Assembly (NCBI GenBank): GCA_036505055.1
Contig: DASXUE010000021.1
Span: forward strand, 42,467-106,466
From: Gemmatimonadales bacterium
GTDB taxonomy: Bacteria; Gemmatimonadota; Gemmatimonadetes; Gemmatimonadales; GWC2-71-9
Length of the DNA stretch: 64,000 nt
Reading direction: 5' to 3'
In this document: positions 18,964 to 31,152 of the stretch, piece after piece
How positions within the stretch are numbered: position 1 is the stretch's first letter
How the letters are laid out: the number at the start of each line of letters is the position of its first letter
Position numbers and translations under genes: made by a program
Notes under the pieces: generated by a model
Seen by the model: the letters and a program-made list of their open reading frames with translations, nothing else
What the model was told of the DNA's origin: nothing
The model's database searches: none

Positions 18964-19698
18964 TCATCCGCACAGCACGCTCCCCCCGTTGACGTTCAGA
19001 ATCTCCCCGGTGATATGCCGGGCGAGGTCGGAGCACAGGAACGCGATCGGTCCGGCGACGTCTTCCGCGCTCGCCACGCGCCCGAGCGGGATCGTCCGCT
19101 CGATCGCACCCCTCCCCCGTCCCCCGTCCCGTTCGTACGGTCCCTGGCTCATCTCGGTATCGACCCACCCCGGCGCCACGCAGTTCACGGTCACCCGCGG
19201 CGCCAGCTCCACGGCGAGCGACTTCGTGAGCGAGATGACCGCGCCTTTGGTGGCGGCGTAGTCGGCGTGGAACGCTTCGCCGCGCTGGCCGGCCGTGGAT
19301 GACACGAGGACGATCCGGCCGCCGTCCGGCAGGTGCGGAATGGCGGCGCGGCACACGTAGAACACGGCGTCGAGGTTGGCCCGGCGGGTCGCCTCCCACT
19401 GCGCCTCGGGCAGGCGGGCGAGGGGCACGTCGTCCGATGGCCAAATGCCGTGGTTCACGATGAGGAGGTCGAGGCCGCCGAGGCTCCGCACGACGTCGTC
19501 CACGGCGCGCTTGGCCGTGGCCGCATCACCGAGATCGCCCTGAATCGTCGCGCTGACCGCCGGGTCGGGCTCGGGCTTCCGGCTGCGGTATCCGGCGGCG
19601 ACTTTCGCACCCGCGCGGGCGAGCAGCCGCGCCGTGGCCAGCCCGATTCCCCGCCCTCCGCCCGTGACGAACGCGCGCTTGGCCGCGAGGTCGATCAC
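18964..19698 (-). CDS. SDR family oxidoreductase (FabG-like)
   Basis: TGGGRGIG cofactor motif, YAATKGA active-site region, 244 aa. Confidence 0.85.
   Translation of the reverse strand: MIDLAAKRAFVTGGGRGIGLATARLLARAGAKVAAGYRSRKPEPDPAVSATIQGDLGDAATAKRAVDDVVRSLGGLDLLIVNHGIWPSDDVPLARLPEAQWEATRRANLDAVFYVCRAAIPHLPDGGRIVLVSSTAGQRGEAFHADYAATKGAVISLTKSLAVELAPRVTVNCVAPGWVDTEMSQGPYERDGGRGRGAIERTIPLGRVASAEDVAGPIAFLCSDLARHITGEILNVNGGSVLCG
19109..19131. repeat. orphan (GGGGGAC/GTCCCCC)n heptamer array inside the SDR gene
   Basis: cccctcc cccgtcc cccgtcc cg; the first 21 nt are identical to the left arm in accB. Translated as ...ERDGGRGRGAI.... Confidence 0.8.
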
Positions 19699-20270
19699 CC
19701 CCGCAACCCCTCCTCCACCACGTGACAGATCACGTGCTCGATGGCGAGGTGCAGCTCCTGGATGCGGGCGGTGTCGTCGGCGGGGACGACGAGCGCGGCG
19801 TCGGCGAGATCCTTGAGCTGGCCCCCACCCTTGCCGAGGAACGCCACCACGGCGACGCCGCGTGCCTTGGCTGACTGCGCGGCGCGGATCATGTTGGGAC
19901 TCTCCCCGCTCGTGGAATGCAGGACCAGGAGGTCGCCGGGCTTCGCCAGCGCCTCCACCTGACGCGCGAACACCTCGTCGAAGCCCATGTCGTTGGCGCA
20001 GGCGGTGAGGAGCGACGTGTCGGTCGTGAGCGCTACGGCCCGCATGGCGGGCCGGCTGTTCTGGTACCGCACCACGTACTCGGTGGCGATGTGCTGCGCG
20101 TCGGCCGCGCTGCCGCCGTTGCCGGCGAAGAACAGCGTCCCGCCGCCGCGCAGCGTCCCCTCGTAGCGCTCCGCGATCGCGGCGATCTCCTCCGCCCGCT
20201 CCGCCGCGATGCGGGCGACGAGGGTCGAGAGCGCCTCGAGCGAATCCCGGATCCGCTCGAACGGCGTCAC
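19695..20270 (-). CDS. gmhA: SIS-domain D-sedoheptulose-7-phosphate isomerase
   Basis: GTG 20270 overlaps the upstream TGA (GTGA). Contains GNGGSAADAQH, LHSTSGES, and GG motifs. Confidence 0.8.
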   Translation of the reverse strand: MTPFERIRDSLEALSTLVARIAAERAEEIAAIAERYEGTLRGGGTLFFAGNGGSAADAQHIATEYVVRYQNSRPAMRAVALTTDTSLLTACANDMGFDEVFARQVEALAKPGDLLVLHSTSGESPNMIRAAQSAKARGVAVVAFLGKGGGQLKDLADAALVVPADDTARIQELHLAIEHVICHVVEEGLRG

Positions 20271-20986
20271 CGCACCGCCTCGACGAACGCCCGCAGCCCG
20301 CCGGCGACGCCGCCCTGTTCTTCCAGCACCGTGCCGATCACGACGAAATCCGCGCCCCCCGACCGCGCCGCGCGCGCCTGCGCGGGGGTGCGGATCCCGC
20401 CGCCGACGAACAGCGGCCGGTCGGGCACCGCGGCGCGGCAGGCGACGATCACCGGCAGGGGCACGGGCCGCTCGGCGCCGCTGCCGGCGTCGAGGTACAG
20501 CGCCTGCATCCCGATCAGCGATGCCGCAGTGGCGTGCGCCGCCGCGATCTCCGGCTTGTCGGCGGGGAGCGGGCGGGTTTGGCTCACCGCCTCGACGCTC
20601 GTCACGCGCCCGCCGTCGATCAGGATGTAGGCGGTCGACAGCGTGGCCACGGGATGCCGCTGCAGGAACGGCACGGCCCGGACGTGCTCCTCGATCAGGT
20701 ACTGCGCGTTGCGGCCGGACACGAGCGACAGGAACAGCACCAGATCCACCTCGTCGGTCAGCTGCATCGCGGAGCCCGGGAACAGCGCCAGCGGGACGTC
20801 CGGCGCCGCCTCGCGCACGGCGCGCGCGACGATGTGGGTCTGGGCGGCGCCGTCGAACGAGGAGCCGATCAGCACGCCCGCGACACCCGCCGCCTGCGCC
20901 TCGCGCCCCAGCCGGGCCGCGTCGGCGCCGGACGTCCGGGCGGGGTCGATCAGGACCAAGAGGCCGCGCTCTCCCAACGCTTTCAC
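20267..20986 (-). CDS. geranylgeranylglyceryl/heptaprenylglyceryl phosphate synthase family protein (PcrB/GGGPS homolog)
   Basis: LIDP...IGSS...FPG...YLDAGSG...FVGGGIR...GADFVVIG follows the order of conserved blocks in B. subtilis PcrB and archaeal GGGPS. Confidence 0.8.
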   Translation of the reverse strand: MKALGERGLLVLIDPARTSGADAARLGREAQAAGVAGVLIGSSFDGAAQTHIVARAVREAAPDVPLALFPGSAMQLTDEVDLVLFLSLVSGRNAQYLIEEHVRAVPFLQRHPVATLSTAYILIDGGRVTSVEAVSQTRPLPADKPEIAAAHATAASLIGMQALYLDAGSGAERPVPLPVIVACRAAVPDRPLFVGGGIRTPAQARAARSGGADFVVIGTVLEEQGGVAGGLRAFVEAVR

Positions 20987-21269
20987 CAGGGGACTCCCTC
21001 CGCCAAGCGAGCAATGCCGCCCACGGCCTGCTCGGCCTGTGCCTCGAAGGCGTACGTGATGAGGGCGTCGGCGGCGAGGAGGTCGAGCGCCAGCTCGCGG
21101 CCGCCCTGCGGCCGGGAGGCGACGCCCTCGAGCAGGACGCGGCCCAACGCCGCCAGATGCTCGGGGAGCGGCAGCTCACCCCCCGTCATGCTCGTCTCGA
21201 GCCGGGCCCGCAATGCTGCCGGAGGCACGGGGCGCCGGGTGTCGAGCCAGGTCAGGAGCTGAGCGCGGG

Positions 21270-21273
<4 letters not shown>
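20983..21273 (-). CDS. small hypothetical protein (96 aa)
   Basis: GTG 21273 overlaps the alaS TGA, and its own stop overlaps the next ATG (operon-coupled). No recognisable family. Confidence 0.5.
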
Positions 21274-23885
<2,612 letters not shown>

Positions 23886-23921
23886 GGCAAGAATATACTG
23901 CGGCTGTGTTACCTTCCGCCC

Positions 23922-25076
23922 ATGGCTAGCCGCATTGTCCCGTTCGCGCCCGAGCACGTGCCCGCCGTGCAGGCGTTCAACCGGCGGCTCGCGGCCGCCG
24001 GTGCGCCGTGGCGGTTTCCCGAGAACGCGGTTCCCGACTGGCTGCCGCATGCGGGCGGGGCGCCGGTCTGGCAGGAATACTTCCTGCTGCTCGAGGACGG
24101 CATCGTGCGCGGCGCCAATGCGCTGAAGCGACAGGACGCCGCGGTCGGCGGCGCGCACGCCCGCGTCGCCACGTTCTATTGGCCGATCTCCGAGGGGGCG
24201 ATCAACCCCGCCTACGCCCTCGTCGCCACGCGGCTGTTGCGCGCCGCGGTCGCCCAGGAACCCCTGCTCTTCCTCGTTGGCATTGGGGGTCCCGAAACCC
24301 CCGTCGCCCGGCTCATCCGCGCGTTCGGATGGCGGATTGCTCAGGTGCCCCTCTACTTCAAGCCGCTGCGCCCGGCGCGCTTTCTGCGCGGCGTGCGCTA
24401 CATGCGCCACCGCCCGGTCGTGGGGGGACTGCTCAACCTCGCCGCTGCCACCGGCACGGGCTGGCTGGGCCTCAAGGCCCTAGGGCTCGCCCTCTCACGG
24501 TTCTCCCGCCGCGACCGTTCCGTGCGCACTGACGTGGTGGAGCAATTCGGCGACTGGGCCGACGTCATATGGGCGGCGAGCGCATCGGCCTACTCGTTCG
24601 TGGGCGGCCGAAACGCCGCGACGTTGAATGCCACCTACCCGCCCCACCGGCCCACCTTCGGGCGGCTCCGGGTGAGCCGCGGCGCTACGACGATCGGATG
24701 GGCGGTGATCGAGGATGTCCCGGCGCCGACGGAGCACTTCGGCGACCTGCGCGTCGGCGCCATCGTCGACTCGCTCGCGCTGCCCGAGCACGCGAAAGCG
24801 GTGACGCGCGCGGCCGCCGAGGCGCTCGCAGACCGGGGCATGGACGTCATCGTCGCGAACCAGAGCCACCCCGCCTGGCGCCGGGCCCTGGCGGCGGCCG
24901 GGTTCCTGCCCGGTCCGGCCTCCTGGGGGTTCGCGGCCTCCCCCGCCCTCGCCCGGCTCATCGATGCGGCCGATCCCGAGGGCCAGGGGCTCCATCTGAA
25001 CCGCGGCGACGGCGACGGACCGTGGGGAATGCTGCTCGATTCAGCGCCGGCCGCGCGTTCTCGGGCGGCGGGCTGA
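23922..25076 (+). CDS. FemAB-like / GNAT-fold acyltransferase
   Basis: ATG 23922, divergent from alaS, 384 aa. The overall pattern resembles FemAB-related GNAT proteins of EPS loci. The call is by resemblance only. Confidence 0.55.
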   Translation: MASRIVPFAPEHVPAVQAFNRRLAAAGAPWRFPENAVPDWLPHAGGAPVWQEYFLLLEDGIVRGANALKRQDAAVGGAHARVATFYWPISEGAINPAYALVATRLLRAAVAQEPLLFLVGIGGPETPVARLIRAFGWRIAQVPLYFKPLRPARFLRGVRYMRHRPVVGGLLNLAAATGTGWLGLKALGLALSRFSRRDRSVRTDVVEQFGDWADVIWAASASAYSFVGGRNAATLNATYPPHRPTFGRLRVSRGATTIGWAVIEDVPAPTEHFGDLRVGAIVDSLALPEHAKAVTRAAAEALADRGMDVIVANQSHPAWRRALAAAGFLPGPASWGFAASPALARLIDAADPEGQGLHLNRGDGDGPWGMLLDSAPAARSRAAG

Positions 25077-25078
25077 CG

Positions 25079-26566
25079 TTACGACTTCAGCAGGGCGGCC
25101 AGGTCGTGCTTGCCGCTCACCAGGCGCGGTAAGGCGTCGCGCACCTCAAAGCGGCTGGGTTGCATGTAGCGAGGGAGCTCGGCGGCACAGTACCGCTTGA
25201 GCCGATCGAGTGCGCCGCCTTCCGCGATGACCACGAAGGCCACGATCCGCTGGCCGCGCTCCGCGTCCGGCTCCGAGGTGACCACGCATTCGACGATCTC
25301 CCCGGATGCGTTGAGCACGTTCGCGATCTCGTCCGGGCTGACCCGATACCCCAATGTCTTGATCATCCGGTCGCGGCGCCCGACGAAGTAGAGGAACCCT
25401 TCACGGTCCCGCCGCACCAAATCACCCGAAAACACGACCCGCTCCGAGGCTGACGCATCGAGGCACAGCGGGTTCGGCCGGTAGACGCGGGCCGTGGCCT
25501 CGGGATCGTTCCAATATCCGAGCGTCACGGTCGGGCCGCGGTGCACGAGCTCGCCAACCTCATTGACGCCGCACGGCTCGAGGTGTTCGTTCAAGACCAG
25601 GACTTCGGCCCCCGGGATCGCGCGCCCGATAGAGTCGGGACGGCGGTCCACCTCCTCGGGCGCCAAATAGGTGCTGCGCAGCACCTCCGTCAGCCCGTAC
25701 ATCAGGACGAGCGCGGCCTGCGGCTGCGCCTGGCGCAGCTGGCGCACCGCCGCCGGCGGCAGATGCCCGCCGGCGTTTGTGAGGATGCGCAAGCTCGGCA
25801 GCGGTGACCGGAAGGCCGCGACATTGAGGAGCTGCTGCCACAGCGGAGGCACCGCGGCCAGCACGCTCACGTCCCGCGCCCGCAATGTCGCCACCAGCTG
25901 TTGGGGGAGCGGCGACCGCTCGATCACCAGCGTGGCCCCCGTGCCGACGGCGCAGAGCACCTGGTTGAAGCCGTACACGAAACTGAACGGCAGCAGGCTC
26001 GCGATGCGATCGCGCGGCGTGATCCCCAGGTATCCGACGACCGCTTCCATCACGCTCCACAGGTTGCCATGGGTGATGACCACGCCCTTCGGCAGCCCGG
26101 TGGATCCCGACGTATAACAGATTTGAACGGGGTCGGTGCCCGCGCGCTCGAGTGGCGTGAAGGCACCCGCAGCGGCTACGTCCTCGACGTAGACCTGCCG
26201 GCTGGGAGGGGACGTTTCGATCGCTCGGGGGAGTTGCGCGACCAGCGTCGCCGACGTGAGCAGCGCTCCCGCGGTGGCATGGTTGAGCATGTGCTCGATT
26301 TGTCGGGGGCGGAGCGACTCGTTGACGACGATCGCGATCGCCCCAGCCGCGGCCACGCCGAAGAACGCGGCGATCGCATCGGCCCCCCCGTCCAGCAGGA
26401 TGCCGACGCGATCGCCCGGCCGCACCCCAGCGTCCGCGAGAGCGGCGGCGATGGCCGCCGCGCGAGCCTGGAGGCCTCGATAGGAGGTCTCGCGCTCGCG
26501 CTCCACCACCGCCGGGTGGTCCGCGGCGTGGGCGACGGTGCGCCACAACAGCTCCGCCAAGTTCAC
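25079..26566 (-). CDS. AMP-dependent acyl-CoA/acyl-ACP ligase
   Basis: YTSGSTGLPKGV AMP-binding motif and the GDLVRRDREGFLYFVGR...K tail. GTG 26566 is preceded by GGGGAGGG; the alternative start is GTG 26602. Confidence 0.85.
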   Translation of the reverse strand: MNLAELLWRTVAHAADHPAVVERERETSYRGLQARAAAIAAALADAGVRPGDRVGILLDGGADAIAAFFGVAAAGAIAIVVNESLRPRQIEHMLNHATAGALLTSATLVAQLPRAIETSPPSRQVYVEDVAAAGAFTPLERAGTDPVQICYTSGSTGLPKGVVITHGNLWSVMEAVVGYLGITPRDRIASLLPFSFVYGFNQVLCAVGTGATLVIERSPLPQQLVATLRARDVSVLAAVPPLWQQLLNVAAFRSPLPSLRILTNAGGHLPPAAVRQLRQAQPQAALVLMYGLTEVLRSTYLAPEEVDRRPDSIGRAIPGAEVLVLNEHLEPCGVNEVGELVHRGPTVTLGYWNDPEATARVYRPNPLCLDASASERVVFSGDLVRRDREGFLYFVGRRDRMIKTLGYRVSPDEIANVLNASGEIVECVVTSEPDAERGQRIVAFVVIAEGGALDRLKRYCAAELPRYMQPSRFEVRDALPRLVSGKHDLAALLKS

Positions 26567-26769
26567 GGACTCGCGCCCTCCCCGGTTGGTGCGACACGCC
26601 ACACTCCGCTGCGAACAGAAGTGTCAGTGGGCGGCAACACCGACCCCCCCGGGCAGCTCGGATGGAGCTCGGCATTGCCCATAAGTTATTCCGTAACAAT
26701 ATGTTATGCCAACGCTCGCGGGAAGTGGCGGTCCCCGACGAGGGCTCCAAGCTTGCATGTGCACCTGCC

Positions 26770-27795
26770 ATGCCCCGCCCACCCAGCCCCCGGCTCCTGC
26801 AGGATCCAAGGCTCCTCGATCCGGCCGATGCCACGGCCCGCATCGCCTCCGCATTGCGCCACCAGCTGGGGGAGGTGCTCCAACGCCGCGGCCTCGTCGT
26901 GGCGATGAGCGGCGGGATCGACAGCTCGGTATGCGCGGGGTTGGCGGTCCGCGCCGTGGGGCCGAAGCGGGTGTTCGGGCTCTTCCTCCCGGAGCGCGAA
27001 TCGGACCCGCAGAGCCTGATCCTTGGGCGCGAATGGGCGGAGCAGCTCGGCATCGACTCCACTGCCGAAGACATCGCGCCGATTCTCGAGGCATCGGGGT
27101 GTTATCGCCGGCGCGATGACGCGATCAGGCGTGTTGTGCCCGAGTACACGGCGGCGTGGCGCAGCAAGATCGTGCTCGACGTCGACCGGCTCGAGTCCGA
27201 CCGCCTGAACGTGTCGTATCTCGCGGTCCAGCCTCCGCACGGCGCCCTGCGTCGCGTGCGCCTGCCGGCCGCCGAATACCGGCAGATCGTAGCGGCGACC
27301 AACTTCAAGCAGCGCGTGCGCAAGATGCTCGAGTACTACCACGCCGACCGCCTGCACTACGCCGTGGTCGGCACCCCCAATCGGCTCGAGTACGATCAGG
27401 GCTTTTTCGTCAAAGGCGGCGACGGGCTCGCCGACGTCAAGCCGATCGCCCACCTCTACAAGACGCAGGTCTATCACCTGGCGGAGCATCTCGGGGTCCC
27501 GGCCGCAATCCGGACCCGCGTCCCGACGACCGATACGTACTCCCTGCCACAGACGCAGGAGGAGTTCTACTTCTCGCTCCCCGTGCGCACCCTCGACCTC
27601 GTGCTGCACGCGCGGGACGAAGGGCGCGGTGCCGCGGAAGTCGCGGCCGAGCTGGGGTACCGGCAGGAGCAGATCGAGCGGGCGTTCACCGACATCGATC
27701 GGAAGCGCTCGGCGGCCGAGTACCTGCATCACGGCCCGCTGCTGGTGGAGCCGGTCTCGCCGGGCGAACGGCACGCGCCGCGGGACATCGCGTAG
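26770..27795 (+). CDS. NAD+ synthetase-like ATP pyrophosphatase (NadE family)
   Basis: SGGIDSS PP-loop motif and the KPIAHLYKTQVY region. The start is uncertain (ATG 26770 chosen; the ORF is open from 26662). Confidence 0.75.
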   Translation: MPRPPSPRLLQDPRLLDPADATARIASALRHQLGEVLQRRGLVVAMSGGIDSSVCAGLAVRAVGPKRVFGLFLPERESDPQSLILGREWAEQLGIDSTAEDIAPILEASGCYRRRDDAIRRVVPEYTAAWRSKIVLDVDRLESDRLNVSYLAVQPPHGALRRVRLPAAEYRQIVAATNFKQRVRKMLEYYHADRLHYAVVGTPNRLEYDQGFFVKGGDGLADVKPIAHLYKTQVYHLAEHLGVPAAIRTRVPTTDTYSLPQTQEEFYFSLPVRTLDLVLHARDEGRGAAEVAAELGYRQEQIERAFTDIDRKRSAAEYLHHGPLLVEPVSPGERHAPRDIA

Positions 27796-29786
27796 TGTGC
27801 GGGTTTGCCGGAGTCGCCCACAGCGACGCACAGGGCGTCGCCCCCGAGATGTTGGCGCGGATGGCTGCCGTGCTCCGTCATCGGGGCCCGGACGGCTATG
27901 GCTACTACGCGGGCGCGCGCGTCGGGCTCGCGCACGTGCGCCTCAGCGTCATCGACCTCGCCGGTGGCGCGCAGCCCCTCAGCAACGAGGACGGCCGCGT
28001 CCTGATCGCCTACAACGGCGAGGTCTATAACTACCGCGAGCTGCGCCACCAGCTGGAAGCCGCCGGCCACCGGTTCCGCACCCAGAGCGACACCGAAGTC
28101 CTGGTCCACGCCTACGAGCAATGGGGCGAGGAGATGCTCGCCCGCTTGAACGGCCAGTTTGCGTTCGCGATCTACGACCGGCGTAGCGAAACCGTGCTGC
28201 TCGCCCGCGATCGCTTCGGCGTGCGGCCGCTGCACTACGCCGAGCGCGGTGGCACGCTCTACTTTGCGTCGGAGATCAAGGCGCTGCTCGCCACCGGCGA
28301 CATTTCTGCCGAGCCCGACTACGCCGGTCTCGACGAAGTGTTCACTTTCTGGGCCGTGCGCCCACCGCGCACGCCCTTCGCGGGGGTCCGCTCGCTCGAG
28401 CCGGGCTGTGCCGCGGTGTGGCGCCGCGGCCGGCTCCAGGTGCGCCGCTATTACGCGCTCGATTACGCCGAAGTCGGAACGGAAGCGCCCGGCGCGCTCG
28501 CCGAGATCGACCACCTGCTGCGTACGGGTGTGGACCTCCGGATGCGGGCGGACGTGCCGGTCGGGGGGTACCTGAGCGGCGGCCTCGATTCGAGCGTCAC
28601 GTGCGCGCTCGCGGCGGCGCAATCGCCCTACGAGCTCCGGACCTTCTCGGTCACCTTCAACGACCCGCAGTTCGACGAGAGCGCCGCCCAGCAGGCCGTG
28701 GCACGGAGCCTGCACACGCGGCACGCCGTCCAGCCGATTCACGGCAGCGAAATGGCGGAGGCCTTTCCCGACGTCATCTGGCACACGGAGACCCCGCTGG
28801 TCCGCGCCGCCGCGGCGCCGATGTACCTGCTCGCGCGCCTGGCGCGCGCCAACGGGATCAAGGTGGTGCTGACGGGTGAAGGAGCCGACGAGCTCTTCCT
28901 CGGGTACGATTTGTTCAAGGAGACGGCGGTCCGCGAGTTCTGCCTGCGGCAGCCTGCGTCCCGGTGGAGGCCGCGATTGTTCGACCGGCTTTACCCCTAC
29001 CTCAGCGGGGACGGGACGAGCACGGCAGGCAGCCGCGGCGGCGAATTCTGGCGCCGCTTCTTTTTGGACGCGGGTCCGGCGGACGATCCGCTGTTCTCGC
29101 ACCTGCCGCGCTTTCTGCTCACCTCGCGAATCAAGGACTTCTACACGGCCGACATGCGCGCGGCGCTCGCGCACGCCGACCCGCTCGAGGAGCTGCGCGC
29201 GAGCCTGCCCGCGGGGTTCCGCGCGTGGTCGGCCCTCAACCGCGCCGCCTACCTGGAGATGGTGACGCTGCTGTCGCCCTATCTCCTCAGCTCGCAGGGC
29301 GACCGGATGGCGATGGCGCACGGGGTCGAGGGCCGCTTCCTCTTCCTCGATCATCGCCTGTTCGAATTCGCCTCCGCCCTCCCCACCCGGAGCAAGCTGC
29401 GCGGATTGCGGGAGAAAGACATCCTGCGCCGCTGGGCGGCCGGGGTGCTGCCGGCGTCGGTGGCGCAGCGCCCCAAGCAGCCGTACCGCGCACCCGACGT
29501 ACCGGCCTTCTTCGGTTCGGCGGGCCGCCCCGCGTACGTCGCGGAGCTGCTCGAGGCGTCCAGCCTGGCACAGGGCGGCATCTTCGAGCCGGCCGCCGTG
29601 GCCGGCCTGGTGCGGCGCGCGGAGGCGGGCCGCGCCAAGGGCGTCGGCGAGAGTCAGGCGCTGGTGGCAATCCTGTCCACGCAGCTGTGGCACAAACAAT
29701 TCGTGCAGACGCCGGTCGTTCCGCCGACCTGGACGCTGGGCCGTGCGGACGTAGCGCTGCAAGACGAAGTGTCGGTCGCGACGTGA
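27795..29786 (+). CDS. asparagine synthetase-family amidotransferase (second copy)
   Basis: GTG 27795 overlaps the NadE-like TAG by 1 nt (TAGTG). Gives (M)CGFAGV... with the SGGLDSS motif. 663 aa. Confidence 0.9.
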   Translation: MCGFAGVAHSDAQGVAPEMLARMAAVLRHRGPDGYGYYAGARVGLAHVRLSVIDLAGGAQPLSNEDGRVLIAYNGEVYNYRELRHQLEAAGHRFRTQSDTEVLVHAYEQWGEEMLARLNGQFAFAIYDRRSETVLLARDRFGVRPLHYAERGGTLYFASEIKALLATGDISAEPDYAGLDEVFTFWAVRPPRTPFAGVRSLEPGCAAVWRRGRLQVRRYYALDYAEVGTEAPGALAEIDHLLRTGVDLRMRADVPVGGYLSGGLDSSVTCALAAAQSPYELRTFSVTFNDPQFDESAAQQAVARSLHTRHAVQPIHGSEMAEAFPDVIWHTETPLVRAAAAPMYLLARLARANGIKVVLTGEGADELFLGYDLFKETAVREFCLRQPASRWRPRLFDRLYPYLSGDGTSTAGSRGGEFWRRFFLDAGPADDPLFSHLPRFLLTSRIKDFYTADMRAALAHADPLEELRASLPAGFRAWSALNRAAYLEMVTLLSPYLLSSQGDRMAMAHGVEGRFLFLDHRLFEFASALPTRSKLRGLREKDILRRWAAGVLPASVAQRPKQPYRAPDVPAFFGSAGRPAYVAELLEASSLAQGGIFEPAAVAGLVRRAEAGRAKGVGESQALVAILSTQLWHKQFVQTPVVPPTWTLGRADVALQDEVSVAT

Positions 29787-29809
29787 CCGGTGAGATCCCG
29801 AGGGGGAAC

Positions 29810-30079
29810 ATGACCGTCCCGGAAATCCTGGAGCGAACCCGCGCCTACGTGCGCGAGAACTTTCTTTACATGCGCCCCGACTTTCCTTTGGGGGACGGCG
29901 ATCGGCTGCTCGCGAAGGGCATCGTCGACTCCATGGGCGTGGCGGAGCTGCTCGGCTTCCTCGAAGCCGAGTTCGGCGTCATGGTCACCGACGAGGACAT
30001 CACCGAAGAGCATCTCGGCACGCTGAACGCCATCGCCCGGTACGTCGCCCCCCGCTTGCGCCGCACGGACGCCGCGTGA
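29810..30079 (+). CDS. acyl carrier protein
   Basis: ATG 29810 follows GAGGGGGA. DSMGVAELLGFLE carries the phosphopantetheine-attachment Ser motif. 89 aa. Confidence 0.8.
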   Translation: MTVPEILERTRAYVRENFLYMRPDFPLGDGDRLLAKGIVDSMGVAELLGFLEAEFGVMVTDEDITEEHLGTLNAIARYVAPRLRRTDAA

Positions 30080-31152
30080 GCGCCGCGCTCGTGGCTGCCA
30101 CCCGCCGGCTCGGGCCCGACGCGGTCGCCGTTTCGGCGATCGGCTTCGGCTGCATGCCCCTCTCACTTGGCCGCCGGCCCTCCGAAGCCGTCGCGCTGAA
30201 CGTCCTCCACGCCGCGCTCGACGCGGGCGTCACACTGCTCGACACCGCCGACGCCTATTGCCTCGACGAACGCTACGAGCTGGGCCACAACGAGCGCCTG
30301 GTGGCCAAGGCGCTGCGTACTTGGGGGGGGCCGAGTAGCGAGGTCGTCGTAGCCACGAAGGCCGGGATGCGGCGCCTGGGAGGGTCGTTCGAGCCCGATG
30401 GTCGGCCCGAGCATCTGCGCCAGGCCTGCGACCGATCGCTGCGGGCGCTGGGCGTCGACCAGATCGGCTTGTATCAGCTCCACACCCCGGATCCGCGGGT
30501 GCCGTTCACCGAGAGCGTGGGCGCGCTCGAGCGCCTGCGGGAGGCCGGCAAGATCCGTTGGGTCGGTCTGTCGAACGTCGATATCGACCAGATCACGGCC
30601 GCGCGCGCGATCGTGCCGGTGGCCAGCGTCCAAAATGAGCTCAGTCCCTTCAAACGCGACGAGCTCGCCAACGGCGTCGTCGCGCACTGCGCGGGGGCCG
30701 GTCTGGGCTTTCTCGCGTACAGCCCCGTCGGCGGCGGCCTCAACACCCGGCTGCGCGAGCATCCCGTGCTCCGGGAGATCGCCGCGGAGCGCGGCGTGTC
30801 GGTGTATGCCGTGGTCCTGGCGTGGCTCGTCGCCCAGGCGCCGAACATCATTCCGATTCCGGCGGCCCGGAGCGTGGAGCACGCGCTGGACTCCGTTCGG
30901 GCCGCGGACCTGGCGCTGAGCGCGGCGGAGGTCGAGGCAATCGATCGGGCGACGTTCGCGCTCCCGTTACGCCGGGTGCTGCGGACCCATCTCGCCAACC
31001 AACCCTGGCTCAAGGCCGCCTTCCGGTGGGCGCGCGGCACGCTGCCGGAAGAGCGGCGGTTTGGGGAGCGGCGCTATGCCTCCAGCACGCTCGTGACGGA
31101 GCGGCGCTCGGGTAGGGATCGCCGAGCTGTGGTGAGAGGAAAGCTAGGCTAG
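30076..31152 (+). CDS. aldo/keto reductase
   Basis: GTGA overlap with the ACP stop. Contains IGFGCMPLS, LDTADAY and GLSN AKR motifs, plus an Arg-rich C-terminal extension. Confidence 0.85.
   Translation: MSAALVAATRRLGPDAVAVSAIGFGCMPLSLGRRPSEAVALNVLHAALDAGVTLLDTADAYCLDERYELGHNERLVAKALRTWGGPSSEVVVATKAGMRRLGGSFEPDGRPEHLRQACDRSLRALGVDQIGLYQLHTPDPRVPFTESVGALERLREAGKIRWVGLSNVDIDQITAARAIVPVASVQNELSPFKRDELANGVVAHCAGAGLGFLAYSPVGGGLNTRLREHPVLREIAAERGVSVYAVVLAWLVAQAPNIIPIPAARSVEHALDSVRAADLALSAAEVEAIDRATFALPLRRVLRTHLANQPWLKAAFRWARGTLPEERRFGERRYASSTLVTERRSGRDRRAVVRGKLG

Noticed and set aside
19695-21179. A single 494-aa ORF covering gmhA and most of the GGGPS gene region.
   Set aside because: Only the last 191 codons, from GTG 20270, resemble an SIS isomerase. 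The upstream part is a shadow of the GGGPS gene, which is read in another frame.
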